Below are positions 37,354 through 46,819 of a stretch of DNA of 49,229 nt, piece by piece. Origin of the DNA: Rhodospirillales bacterium (GTDB lineage: Bacteria > Pseudomonadota > Alphaproteobacteria > UBA828). Under the pieces are notes generated by a model. That model was not told the origin of the DNA and made no database searches. It worked only from the letters and a program-made list of their open reading frames with translations. The stretch is taken from contig JAPPNV010000131.1 in the NCBI GenBank assembly GCA_028818565.1, positions 1-49,229 of the forward strand. Direction: 5' to 3'. A program made the position numbers and the translations under genes. Each line of letters starts with the position of its first letter. Position 1 is the first letter of the stretch.

Positions 37354-37833
37354 TCAGCCGGCCGCCGGCAGCAGCTTGACCTTCCTGTCGAGGTGCGACC
37401 AGGGGATCATCGCGTCGATCCAGGCGTTGACGCGGTCGAACGCCACCATCGCCGCCTCGCAGACCTGCACCACCTCGCCATGGTTCCTGGCGCCGCCCGC
37501 CTCGAAATAGGCGGCGAGCTCGCGCACGAGCTTGACCGTGTTGGTGAGCTTCCACTTGGCGAGCCGGCCGGCATGGCGGTTGAGCAGCGCCGCCGCCATC
37601 TGGTTCAGCGCCGGCGCCGGCAGGGCCTTGTCGAGCGCGAGCTGGCGGACGACCTGGATGTTCTCGCCCATCCAGAAGGTGTTGAAGTTGGCGTAGAGCA
37701 CGGGCGGCATGTTGCCCATCGGTGGCAGACTGTGCGCGCGGAGCCGGGTGATGTCGCCGGGCTCGGAATTCCAGTTGCGTCGGCCGAAGCGCTCCAGCCG
37801 GTCGATGATCGCGGACGTCTCGGTTGCGGCCAT
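37354..37833 (-). CDS. Hypothetical helical protein (159 aa)
   Basis: Codon bias looks coding. The start lies 5 nt after the stop of the upstream small ORF, and the gene ends 24 nt before the amidotransferase start. No motif recognised. Confidence 0.6.
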   Translation of the reverse strand: MAATETSAIIDRLERFGRRNWNSEPGDITRLRAHSLPPMGNMPPVLYANFNTFWMGENIQVVRQLALDKALPAPALNQMAAALLNRHAGRLAKWKLTNTVKLVRELAAYFEAGGARNHGEVVQVCEAAMVAFDRVNAWIDAMIPWSHLDRKVKLLPAAG

Positions 37834-37837
37834 GTCC

Positions 37838-38230
37838 CTACTCTCCCTCGACGAGTTCGAGCCGGACCGGCAGCGGCCCCTTGGCGAGAATCTTCCTGCC
37901 CGCAGGCTTCAGATGCTCCAACCCGTCCACGATCTTCGCGAACACGCTGACCTTCCCGAACGGCTTGGTATCGCCGTAGAAGATGCAGGCGGTCTGGCGC
38001 CCCGGATAAAAGCCGATGTCGCCGGGCTTGACGTTGAGAATCTCGTTCTCCGAGTTGCAGTAGAACGGGAGCATCACGATCAGCTCCTCGCCCGCGAACT
38101 TGGCGTGCACCGAGAAGCTCTCGCAGGGCAAGCTTTCGGTGAACGCCTTGACGACGTTGGGCGCCTTGCGCCCCAGCAACTCGGCAACGACCGTGCGGCC
38201 GTCGATGGTCATCGCGAAACGTTCCGCCAT
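37838..38230 (-). CDS. Cyclophilin-like-fold small protein (DUF3830 / Cyclophil_like-type pattern)
   Basis: The 130-aa protein follows the pattern I associate with this family: 'I.IDGRTVVAEL...AP..V.AF...LP', then 'PGDIGFYPGRQTACIFYGDT' and 'VFAKIV.GLE'. This assignment is from memory only. Confidence 0.55.
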   Translation of the reverse strand: MAERFAMTIDGRTVVAELLGRKAPNVVKAFTESLPCESFSVHAKFAGEELIVMLPFYCNSENEILNVKPGDIGFYPGRQTACIFYGDTKPFGKVSVFAKIVDGLEHLKPAGRKILAKGPLPVRLELVEGE

Positions 38231-38436
38231 GATGTCCCCTCGCCTTTGCGCGGCGTTGCCCGCGCCCTCTGCCGCCCTTTAGCTGCGGCCGCTCCGCCGC
38301 CGTGCGGTTCTTGGGCCGCAGTCGATATCATGGCCCGCCCGGCCGGGCAATCGCACCAGACGCAGAGGAGATTCGCTTTGCGCGCATGGCGGCTTTGGCG
38401 TTCAATCGGCCGCCACCATGGAGAGGGGAGATTCGG

Positions 38437-39834
38437 ATGTCTGATCTGCACGAGCTGATGCTGACCGAGGTCGCGGCGAAGATTCAGTCGCGGGAGGTGT
38501 CCGCCGCCGAGGTTACGGCCCACACGCTCGCGCGGATCGAGCGGCTGGACGGCACACTCCGGAGCTACGCCACCGTGATGGCCGATGTCGCGACCGAACA
38601 GGCGGCGCAGGCGGACGCGGAGATCGCGGGCGGCACGGTGAGAGGCCCGCTGCACGGCATCCCCTTCGGCCTCAAGGACCTCTGCCTGACCAGGGACGCC
38701 CCCACCCATGTCGGCTCGGTCGCGCTCCGCGACTGGAGCCCAGGCGTCGACGGCACCGTGACCGCGCGGCTCAGGGAGGCCGGTACGGTCTTCGCCGGCA
38801 AGCTGCAGATGACCGAGGGCGCCTATGCAGTGCACCACCCCTCGATCACGCCGCCGGTCAACCCGTGGCACCCCGACTACTGGACCGGCGTCTCGTCGAG
38901 CGGGTCGGGCGTCGGCACGGCGGCGCGGCTTTGCTATGGCTCGCTGGGAACGGATACCGGCGGCTCGATCCGCTTCCCTTCGCAAGCCTGCGGCGTGACC
39001 GGCCTCAAGCCCGGCCGGGGCCTGGTCAGCCGGGCGGGCGCCTTCGCGCTCTCAGAGACTCTCGACCATATCGGTCCGATGGCGCGCTCTGCCGCAGACT
39101 GCGCCGCCATCCTCGGCGTCATCGCGGGCTACGATCCCGACGATCCGACCACTGTCAATGCACCGGTGCCGGACTACCTCGGCACCATCGACGCCGGCAT
39201 CGAGGGCATGCGCATCGGCCTCGACGAAGCCTATTGCTCGGAAGACGTGGACCCGCGCGTGACCGCCATGGTGATGCACGCGGCCGACGTGCTGCGCGGG
39301 CGGGGCGCCGACATCAAGCCGATCGCCTTCCCCGACGCCACAGTGGTGGTCGATCGCTGGATCGACTTCTGCGGCGCCGACACGGCCATCGCGCACGAGC
39401 CCTACTTCGCCGAGCGCAAGGCGGATTACGGGCCGGTGCTGTCGAGCCTGATCGAAGTGGGGCTGGCGCTCAGCGGTGTCGACCACGCCCGCATCGTGAT
39501 CGAGCGGGACAAGTTCGCCGGCGCGCTCGACGCGGTCTTCGCCGATGTCGATGCGATCCTCATCCCCTCGCAGCCCTATCCCACGCCCACAAACGCCTTC
39601 ATGGACACCCTGGGCGCCGAGGAAGGCTCGGTGGAGCGCCTGATCTCCTTCACCGCCCCTCACGACATGGCGGGAACGCCTGCCGTCTGCCTGCCCGGCG
39701 GCTTCGACGAGGACAGCCTGCCCCTAGGCTTCCAGATCGTGGGCCCGAAGCGCAGCGAGGAGCGGCTGCTGCAGGCGGGGCACGCCTACCAGCAGGACAC
39801 CGACTGGCACAGCCGCACGCCGCCTGCGGCCTGA
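38437..39834 (+). CDS. Amidase-signature (AS) family amidase 1
   Basis: It has GPLHGIPFGLKD, the Gly/Ser-rich signature GSLGTDTGGSIRFPS and a catalytic Ser-cisSer-Lys pattern. GAGAGGGGAG precedes ATG 38437. Confidence 0.85.
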   Translation: MSDLHELMLTEVAAKIQSREVSAAEVTAHTLARIERLDGTLRSYATVMADVATEQAAQADAEIAGGTVRGPLHGIPFGLKDLCLTRDAPTHVGSVALRDWSPGVDGTVTARLREAGTVFAGKLQMTEGAYAVHHPSITPPVNPWHPDYWTGVSSSGSGVGTAARLCYGSLGTDTGGSIRFPSQACGVTGLKPGRGLVSRAGAFALSETLDHIGPMARSAADCAAILGVIAGYDPDDPTTVNAPVPDYLGTIDAGIEGMRIGLDEAYCSEDVDPRVTAMVMHAADVLRGRGADIKPIAFPDATVVVDRWIDFCGADTAIAHEPYFAERKADYGPVLSSLIEVGLALSGVDHARIVIERDKFAGALDAVFADVDAILIPSQPYPTPTNAFMDTLGAEEGSVERLISFTAPHDMAGTPAVCLPGGFDEDSLPLGFQIVGPKRSEERLLQAGHAYQQDTDWHSRTPPAA

Positions 39835-39847
39835 GGGGGACCACGGC

Positions 39848-41302
39848 ATGGCAGCGAACGGCGGTCTCTGTCGCCTGACCGCAACCGAGGTCGTCGATCT
39901 GCTCCGCCGGCGAGAGGTCTCGCCGCTGGAGCTTGTGGAGGCGAGCGCCGAGCGGATCGCGGCGACGGACGGCCACCTCAACGCGGTTCCGACGCTCTGT
40001 ATCGAACGCGCACGCGCCCATGCGGAGCGGATCATGGCGGAGGACCCCAAGGCCGAGCGCCCGCGCGGCTGGCTCGGCGGCGTGCCGATCGCGGTCAAGG
40101 ACCTGGTGGAGGTCGAAGGCGTACGCACCACCTGGGGCTCGCCGATCTACGCCGACCATGTTCCGCCGCGCTCGGACATCGTGGTGGAGACGCTAGAGGC
40201 GCGCGGCGCCATCGTCATCGGCAAGTCCAACACGCCCGAGTTCGGTGCCGGCGCCAACACCTTCAACGAGGTATTCGGCAAGACCCGCAACCCGTGGAAC
40301 ACCGACAAGACCTGCGGCGGCTCCTCCGGCGGCTCGTCCACGGCGCTCGCCACCGGCCAGGTCTGGCTCGCGACGGGTTCGGACCTGGGGGGAAGCCTGC
40401 GGATACCCGCGAGCTTCTGCAGCGTCTTCGGCTTCCGCCCGAGCCCCGGCCGCGTTGCCCATGGGCCCAAGCACCTCCCCTTCGAGGGGTTGATGGTGGA
40501 CGGCCCCATGGCGCGCAACGCACGGGACTGCGCGCTCATGCTCGATGCCATGAGCGGCGCTCACCCGGAAGACCCGCTCTCCATCGAAGCGCCTGCGGAG
40601 AGTTTTTCCGAAGCGCTGACGACGCTGCCGCCGCCTAGCCGGATCGCCTACAGCCCGGACCTTGGCCTGTTGCCAGTGGACAGCCAGGTCGCCGCCGTCT
40701 GCGCGCGCGCCGTAGAGACGCTTGCCGGCGCCGGTATGGGGATCGCCAAGGCGTGCCCCGACCTCTCCGGCGCCCTCGACGTGTTCCAGGTGCTGCGCGC
40801 AGCGCTCTTCGCTGCCGACAAGGGTGAGATGCTGGAGACCCACCGCGACGCGCTCAAGCCCGAAATCATCTGGAACATCGAGAAGGGGCTTGCGCTCGAC
40901 GCCGACAAGATCGCGCGGGCCGAGCGCGCGCGCGGCGTGATTTACCAGCGCTGCGTGCGCTTCTTCACCCGCCACGACGTGCTGGTCTGCCCCTGCGTGA
41001 TCGTGCCACCCTTCGACGTGGACACACGCTGGGTCGACGAGATCGAGGGCCACCACTTCGACAACTACGTTGACTGGCTGGGCCTCACCTTCGTGCTGAC
41101 GCTGACCGCGTGTCCGTCAGCCTCGGTGCCGGTGGGCTTCACCGAGGCGGGGCTGCCGGTGGGCCTGCAAATCCTCGGGCCGCCGCGCGGCGAGGCGGCG
41201 GTGCTGCGGGCGGCGGCGGCGATCGAGGAGGCAATTTCCCTCGCGGCCGTCACACCCATCGACCCGCGCGGCGCGGACGGCAACGCACTTCCCCTCGCCT
41301 GA
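39848..41302 (+). CDS. Amidase-signature (AS) family amidase 2
   Basis: It has GVPIAVKDL and GGSSGGSSTALATGQVWLATGSDLGGSLRIPAS. It starts 13 nt after amidase 1. Confidence 0.85.
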   Translation: MAANGGLCRLTATEVVDLLRRREVSPLELVEASAERIAATDGHLNAVPTLCIERARAHAERIMAEDPKAERPRGWLGGVPIAVKDLVEVEGVRTTWGSPIYADHVPPRSDIVVETLEARGAIVIGKSNTPEFGAGANTFNEVFGKTRNPWNTDKTCGGSSGGSSTALATGQVWLATGSDLGGSLRIPASFCSVFGFRPSPGRVAHGPKHLPFEGLMVDGPMARNARDCALMLDAMSGAHPEDPLSIEAPAESFSEALTTLPPPSRIAYSPDLGLLPVDSQVAAVCARAVETLAGAGMGIAKACPDLSGALDVFQVLRAALFAADKGEMLETHRDALKPEIIWNIEKGLALDADKIARAERARGVIYQRCVRFFTRHDVLVCPCVIVPPFDVDTRWVDEIEGHHFDNYVDWLGLTFVLTLTACPSASVPVGFTEAGLPVGLQILGPPRGEAAVLRAAAAIEEAISLAAVTPIDPRGADGNALPLA

Positions 41303-41327
41303 GCAGGCGTCTCGCATAAAGGTAGAG

Positions 41328-41352
41328 CCCCGGACCATGGTGCGGTGCACAG
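41328..41352. repeat. 25-nt conserved box, copy 2 (cccggacCatggtGcggtgcacagc)
   Basis: It matches 126-150 at 23 of 25 positions and lies about 365 bp upstream of decamer array 2. Confidence 0.6.
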
Positions 41353-41380
41353 CGCGGGGCAGGCGCGCCACTATCGCGGC

Positions 41381-41821
41381 ATGGAGAAACGCAGCACAAA
41401 CTGCGCGGGCCGGGACGCCGGTGCCGCCGACGACCCTTTCGCCGCGCGAATTCGCGGCCTGATCGACCTGCAGCGCGAGATCGACGCCCGCACGGCGGAT
41501 CGGACGCGCGAATGCGGACCCGGCACCGAGGGATGCTTCGCGCGCCGCACCATCGAGATCCTGCGGACGCTGATCCTGCGCAAGATCGCCGAACTCTCCG
41601 AGAGCGAGGAGCCGGTGTCGGCGGACGGCGTTTCCCGCCTTGCGCTCGCGCTCTCGCGCGTCGAACGCGCCGACAGAACTCGCATCGCGCGCGAGCAGGC
41701 GGCGGGCGCGAGCGACATCCCACCTGTCCCACTCAATCCCGCTGAATCCCACTTGTCCCACTCAATCCCACTTATCCCACTTAATCCCGTTTATCCCGCC
41801 GAATCCCCCGAATCCCACTGA
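41381..41821 (+). CDS. Hypothetical protein whose 3' end runs into decamer array 2
   Basis: The first 105 codons or so have strong third-position GC bias and a plausible charged helical sequence (DPFAARIRGLIDLQREIDART...RRTIEILRTLILRKIAELSESEE). The last 35 codons or so are simply the repeat array read in frame. Confidence 0.4.
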   Translation: MEKRSTNCAGRDAGAADDPFAARIRGLIDLQREIDARTADRTRECGPGTEGCFARRTIEILRTLILRKIAELSESEEPVSADGVSRLALALSRVERADRTRIAREQAAGASDIPPVPLNPAESHLSHSIPLIPLNPVYPAESPESH

Positions 41822-41900
41822 ATCCCAATTGATCTCGCAGAATCCCACTTGATCTCGCTGAATCCCACCCAATCCCGCCGAATCCCACTTTCGTCCCGCG
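41716..41900. repeat. Tandem degenerate 9-10 bp repeat array 2 (consensus about GAATCCCRCTN), about 19 units
   Basis: T(C/T)CC cores run from 41718 to 41894 at 9-11 bp spacing, and two units are the GATCTCGC variant. Seven GAATC sites occur at 41744, 41801, 41810, 41820, 41840, 41860 and 41880. Confidence 0.88.
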
Positions 41901-41957
41901 TGCCGCACGCCTCGTCGGAGTTGCCGCGGCGGCCGTGACCCCGGGCAAACTTGCGCG

Positions 41958-43250
<1,293 letters not shown>

Positions 43251-43253
43251 CGG

Positions 43254-44420
43254 CTAGTCCTCTCCTGCGAGAGCCCGGGCGGCGCCGCCCTGCCATACGT
43301 GGCTGCAGCCGAGCCGCGTGGCCTCGGCCGCGGGGTCGCTCCCTGGCGCGAGGCCCGCGATGGTGACCCAGCCCACGTCGCGGAGCCCGGCGCCGTCCGC
43401 GCGCGGCGTGCCGTGCGGCAGGTAGACCCGGCGCGTCGGCGCAGGCGCGGGCGCGGCCCGGAGCACCGTATCGATGTAGATCGTGCAGCCGGCGGCCTCC
43501 TCCCCCTGCACATCGGCCTCACCCACCGAATAGCGGCCGCCGCGGCCGAGCTCGGTGCGCACGCCGCCCGCGAACAGGCTGAAGCTCGTGCCGGTGTGGT
43601 ACTCGAAGCCGCGCCACTCGACGGGATCGATGGTGAGCGCGAGCTCGGGCGCCGCCTCGCCCAGCAGCGTCGCGACCTCCAGCAGCTGGGCCAGCGCCGC
43701 GGCCGCTGCGCCGGGCAGCACGAGCCGCGCCAGCGCGTCGAGCGCGGTCTCGGCCGCGCCCGTGGCCCGCATCAGGGGCGCCAGCAGTTCGGCCACGGCA
43801 CTGTCGGCGTCTTGGACCGCAGTTGCGTCCTTGCGGTCGAGTGCATCGCGGAGCACGGCGGACTCGTGAGCATCGAGCCCCGCCTCGGAAAGCAGCGACG
43901 CCACCAGGGTCGGCGCGTTGAGATCGACGGAGAGGCCGCCTTCGAGCCCGAGCCCGTGGAGCGCGTCGGCGGCCAGCAGGATGACCTCGGCGTCGCAGGC
44001 GGCGCCGCCGCCGATACCGATGAGCTCGAAGCCGACCTGGCGGAACTGGCGTTCGGGGCGCAGCTCGCTGCCGCGCACGCGGAGGATCTCGCCGGCATAG
44101 CTCAGGCGCAGCGGACGGGGACTACGCGAGAGCCGCGAGGCCGCGATGCGCGCGATCTGCGGCGTGAGATCGCTGCGCACGGCCATCATGCGGTGCGAGG
44201 CCGGGTCCATCAGGCGGAAGGTCTGGTCGGCGAGCCCGGCGCCGGCGCCGCTCAACATGCTCTCCTCGAACTCGACGAGCGGCGGCTTGACCCGCTCGTA
44301 GCCCTGCGCCGCGAAGCGCGCGAGCAGCGCTTCGGCGAGCGCGGCTTCGGCGCCCGCCTCGGGCGGCAGCAGGTCGCGCAGACCGGTCGGCAGCAGGGCC
44401 GGTGTCCTGGCTTCCGTCAT
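43254..44420 (-). CDS. hisZ: ATP phosphoribosyltransferase regulatory subunit HisZ
   Basis: This is a HisRS-like paralogue (LPTGLRDLLPPEA, RLMDP...MAVRSDLTPQIARI) of 388 aa that lacks an anticodon-binding domain. Confidence 0.82.
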   Translation of the reverse strand: MTEARTPALLPTGLRDLLPPEAGAEAALAEALLARFAAQGYERVKPPLVEFEESMLSGAGAGLADQTFRLMDPASHRMMAVRSDLTPQIARIAASRLSRSPRPLRLSYAGEILRVRGSELRPERQFRQVGFELIGIGGGAACDAEVILLAADALHGLGLEGGLSVDLNAPTLVASLLSEAGLDAHESAVLRDALDRKDATAVQDADSAVAELLAPLMRATGAAETALDALARLVLPGAAAAALAQLLEVATLLGEAAPELALTIDPVEWRGFEYHTGTSFSLFAGGVRTELGRGGRYSVGEADVQGEEAAGCTIYIDTVLRAAPAPAPTRRVYLPHGTPRADGAGLRDVGWVTIAGLAPGSDPAAEATRLGCSHVWQGGAARALAGED

Positions 44421-44543
44421 GGCGGTGACACTCTACAGCGCTGGCGCGAGCGCCGAAACGGCCGCGGCCAGAGCGACAGCGGAAACGATCGGGACGACCG
44501 CTTGACCCCCCGGCGGCGCCTCCCTATCGTTCGGCGCCGCGGC

Positions 44544-44619
44544 GCGCCCGTAGCTCAGGTGGTAGAGCATCTGACTTTTAATCAGAGGGTCCCTGGTTCG
44601 AGTCCAGGCGGGCGTACCA
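44544..44619 (+). tRNA. tRNA-Lys (anticodon UUU)
   Basis: I folded the cloverleaf by hand. The acceptor stem is GCGCCCG/CGGGCGT, the D arm GCTC...GAGC, the anticodon stem TCTGA/TCAGA with loop CTTTTAA, and the T arm CCTGG-TTCGAGT-CCAGG. CCA is encoded. Confidence 0.93.
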
Positions 44620-45250
44620 ATCAGTTCAACGCGTTAGCGGAATATCGGACTGGCCGTGATGCGGTTGTGTCAGTACCGCGTCAGTATTTTGCCCCGAATC
44701 AGCACCACTCGTGTCGGGAGCAAAAGCCGTCGTTGCTCAAGTGACCAAGCGGTGATGACCGGCGCCGGCGTTTGACCCCATGGCATCCGACGATCGGCAC
44801 ATTTCCACGCCGATCGGCGTCCAATCGGCGCTCTGGACAGCCTATTGATCCGATGAGGCAAGCGTAGTTGCCGCAATCGGACCGTCCGCATGAACGCTCG
44901 CAATCCGGGCCTCGCTCGACAACAAGAAATCCATGTCGGGAACGAGTGAGAGACTCAGGGCTGCGGCCGAGGCCTACTTCGACGAGCTACGGAGGGTACG
45001 GGCGTCGGGCGGGGCCGCCAGCGGCGCAGTAGCAGCGCATAAGGCATCCCTCAACTGAGGGACGCCAAGCGGGCAGACATTTCCTACATTAGACCTACCG
45101 CAACCAGAGGAGGACCGGCGCAGCATCGGCACAGTATCGGAGCCGTCTCCATCACACGAACATCCGACGGAACTCGCCGGCACGCTTGGCATCCGAGCAG
45201 GCCGGTGAAGGTCTGCACGAATTTGCAACGTCGATGAAGTGCGATCGCCA

Positions 45251-46402
45251 ATGAGCCAACAGGACGAATTCGAGCGCATCGTGGGGCTGCTCAACGAGGC
45301 CATGCTTGACGACGCTCGCTGGCTGGAAGCCTCCGCGCTCATCGACGAAGCCCTCGGTTCGAAGGGCAATCACCTGGTGTTCAGCAACCAGTCGTGGAAC
45401 GAGGACATCGATGTCTTCTTCGTGAGGTTTTGCTACCGCGGGGAACACCATACGGCGTTGGAGCGCGAGTACTTCCAAACCTATTACCCGGTCGACGATC
45501 ATCTCCCGGGCCTGAGACGACTCCCGGACGGCGAGATCGCTCACGTCCGAGACACGTTTGTCGAACAAGATCTCGCGAATTCGGTGATGTACAACGAAGC
45601 GATGCCGCGCTTCGGGTTTCAGAACGGCCTGAACGTGCGCATGGATGGACCGTTCCAGTCGCGCATCATCTTCGGGATCGCAGATCCCATCGGGGCGAGT
45701 GACTGGTCTTCGGGGCAGCTTGACTTGGTCAAGAGGCTTCTGCCTCACATTCGACAGTTCGTGCGAATGCGTCTCGCGCTGATCGAATCTGGGGGCCTTG
45801 GGACGACACTCAGTCAAATTCTAGAAAATGCCGGTACCGGGGTGATCCAACTCGACCGGCGCGGACGGATAGTGGCGGCGAACGACAGCGCGAGGGCGCT
45901 GCTTCGCGATAGCGACGGGTTGTCCAATCGCGACGGTGCGCTGCGCGCTGCAACGCCGGAGGACAACGACACGCTTCAGAAATTGCTGGCCCAGGCGTTG
46001 CCGCGCTTTGGCGAACAGGGCGCGAGCGGTTCGATGATGGTGAGGCGGCCGTCCCTGCTGCCGAGGTTGATATTGCACGTGAAGCCGGTGGCGAACCGGG
46101 AGGTGGACTATCGGTCCCAGCACCTGGGGGCGCTCGTGCTGATTGTCGACCCGGTTGAGCGGGTGAGGATCGACCCGGGGCTCGTGGCAGCGGCACTCGG
46201 TCTGACGCCCACGGAGACCGAGATTGCGGTGCTGCTCGCCGAAGGCCGGACCGCCCCTGAGATCGCGGAGGCGACGGGTCGCGGCTACAGCACCGTGCGC
46301 ACGCACCTGAAGCATATCTACCTCAAGCTCGGAGTCTCGCGGCAGTTTGAAGTGGCGCAGCTTGTGCTTGCGCTGTCGAACCTGCCGGTGTCCCGGGACT
46401 AG
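45251..46402 (+). CDS. LuxR-family transcriptional regulator (C-terminal HTH, N-terminal uncharacterised sensor-like domain)
   Basis: The C-terminus LTPTETEIAVLLAEGRTAPEIAEATGRGYSTVRTHLKHIYLKLGV is a GerE/LuxR-type HTH. Length is 383 aa from ATG 45251. Confidence 0.8.
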   Translation: MSQQDEFERIVGLLNEAMLDDARWLEASALIDEALGSKGNHLVFSNQSWNEDIDVFFVRFCYRGEHHTALEREYFQTYYPVDDHLPGLRRLPDGEIAHVRDTFVEQDLANSVMYNEAMPRFGFQNGLNVRMDGPFQSRIIFGIADPIGASDWSSGQLDLVKRLLPHIRQFVRMRLALIESGGLGTTLSQILENAGTGVIQLDRRGRIVAANDSARALLRDSDGLSNRDGALRAATPEDNDTLQKLLAQALPRFGEQGASGSMMVRRPSLLPRLILHVKPVANREVDYRSQHLGALVLIVDPVERVRIDPGLVAAALGLTPTETEIAVLLAEGRTAPEIAEATGRGYSTVRTHLKHIYLKLGVSRQFEVAQLVLALSNLPVSRD

Positions 46403-46572
46403 GGGAGTCAGCGCCGGCGCGTTGCGCTACCGAACGCGTGGCATACGGGCAAGGGGGCGGTCGAGCCGTTCTCGGACACAGCCGGGGGCCTGTCCGAGAC
46501 TAATTTTGGCGTTGTCCCCCAGTTGGGGGACGGCAGCAGAGCTGGAACGCCATAACGTAGCTCATTCGTCAG

Positions 46573-46606
46573 CAACGGCGCCATGCACGTGGGCATGGCG
46601 CCGTTG
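46573..46606. repeat. 14-bp perfect inverted repeat (hairpin or operator candidate)
   Basis: CAACGGCGCCATGC, loop ACGTGG, GCATGGCGCCGTTG. It lies within the 417-bp luxR-SBP intergenic region. Confidence 0.6.
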
Positions 46607-46819
46607 TCGCGTGGGCTTCAAGCGCAGCGAACAGGCGCGAAGGGCGTCGGCCACAACGCGACGTGCGACGCCACCGCACGAAGGTTGAGGACCTTCGCAG
46701 CAAACGTCAGGGAACGCTGGCGGTGCCTTGGAGACCGTCGCCAAGTCCAGGCCCGCGGCTGGTCAAGCTCTGCAGGCTGGAGACGGCCAGCCACAAACAA
46801 GGGGACAGGGAAGCAAACC

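Noticed and set aside
44933-45058. A short ORF (MSGTSERLRAAAEAYFDELRRVRASGGA...) whose beginning vaguely resembles N-termini of some large DNA-methyltransferase or restriction proteins, as a possible gene remnant at the island edge.
   Set aside because: The resemblance covers only about 25 residues and comes from memory. I could not follow it into any other frame, so it cannot be supported without a database search.
44670-45369. Minus-strand ORFs 44670..44903 and 44974..45369 in the region after tRNA-Lys.
   Set aside because: They have no SD and no motifs, and their composition is Arg/Ser-rich. The second one overlaps the well-supported LuxR-type gene start. They are treated as non-coding.
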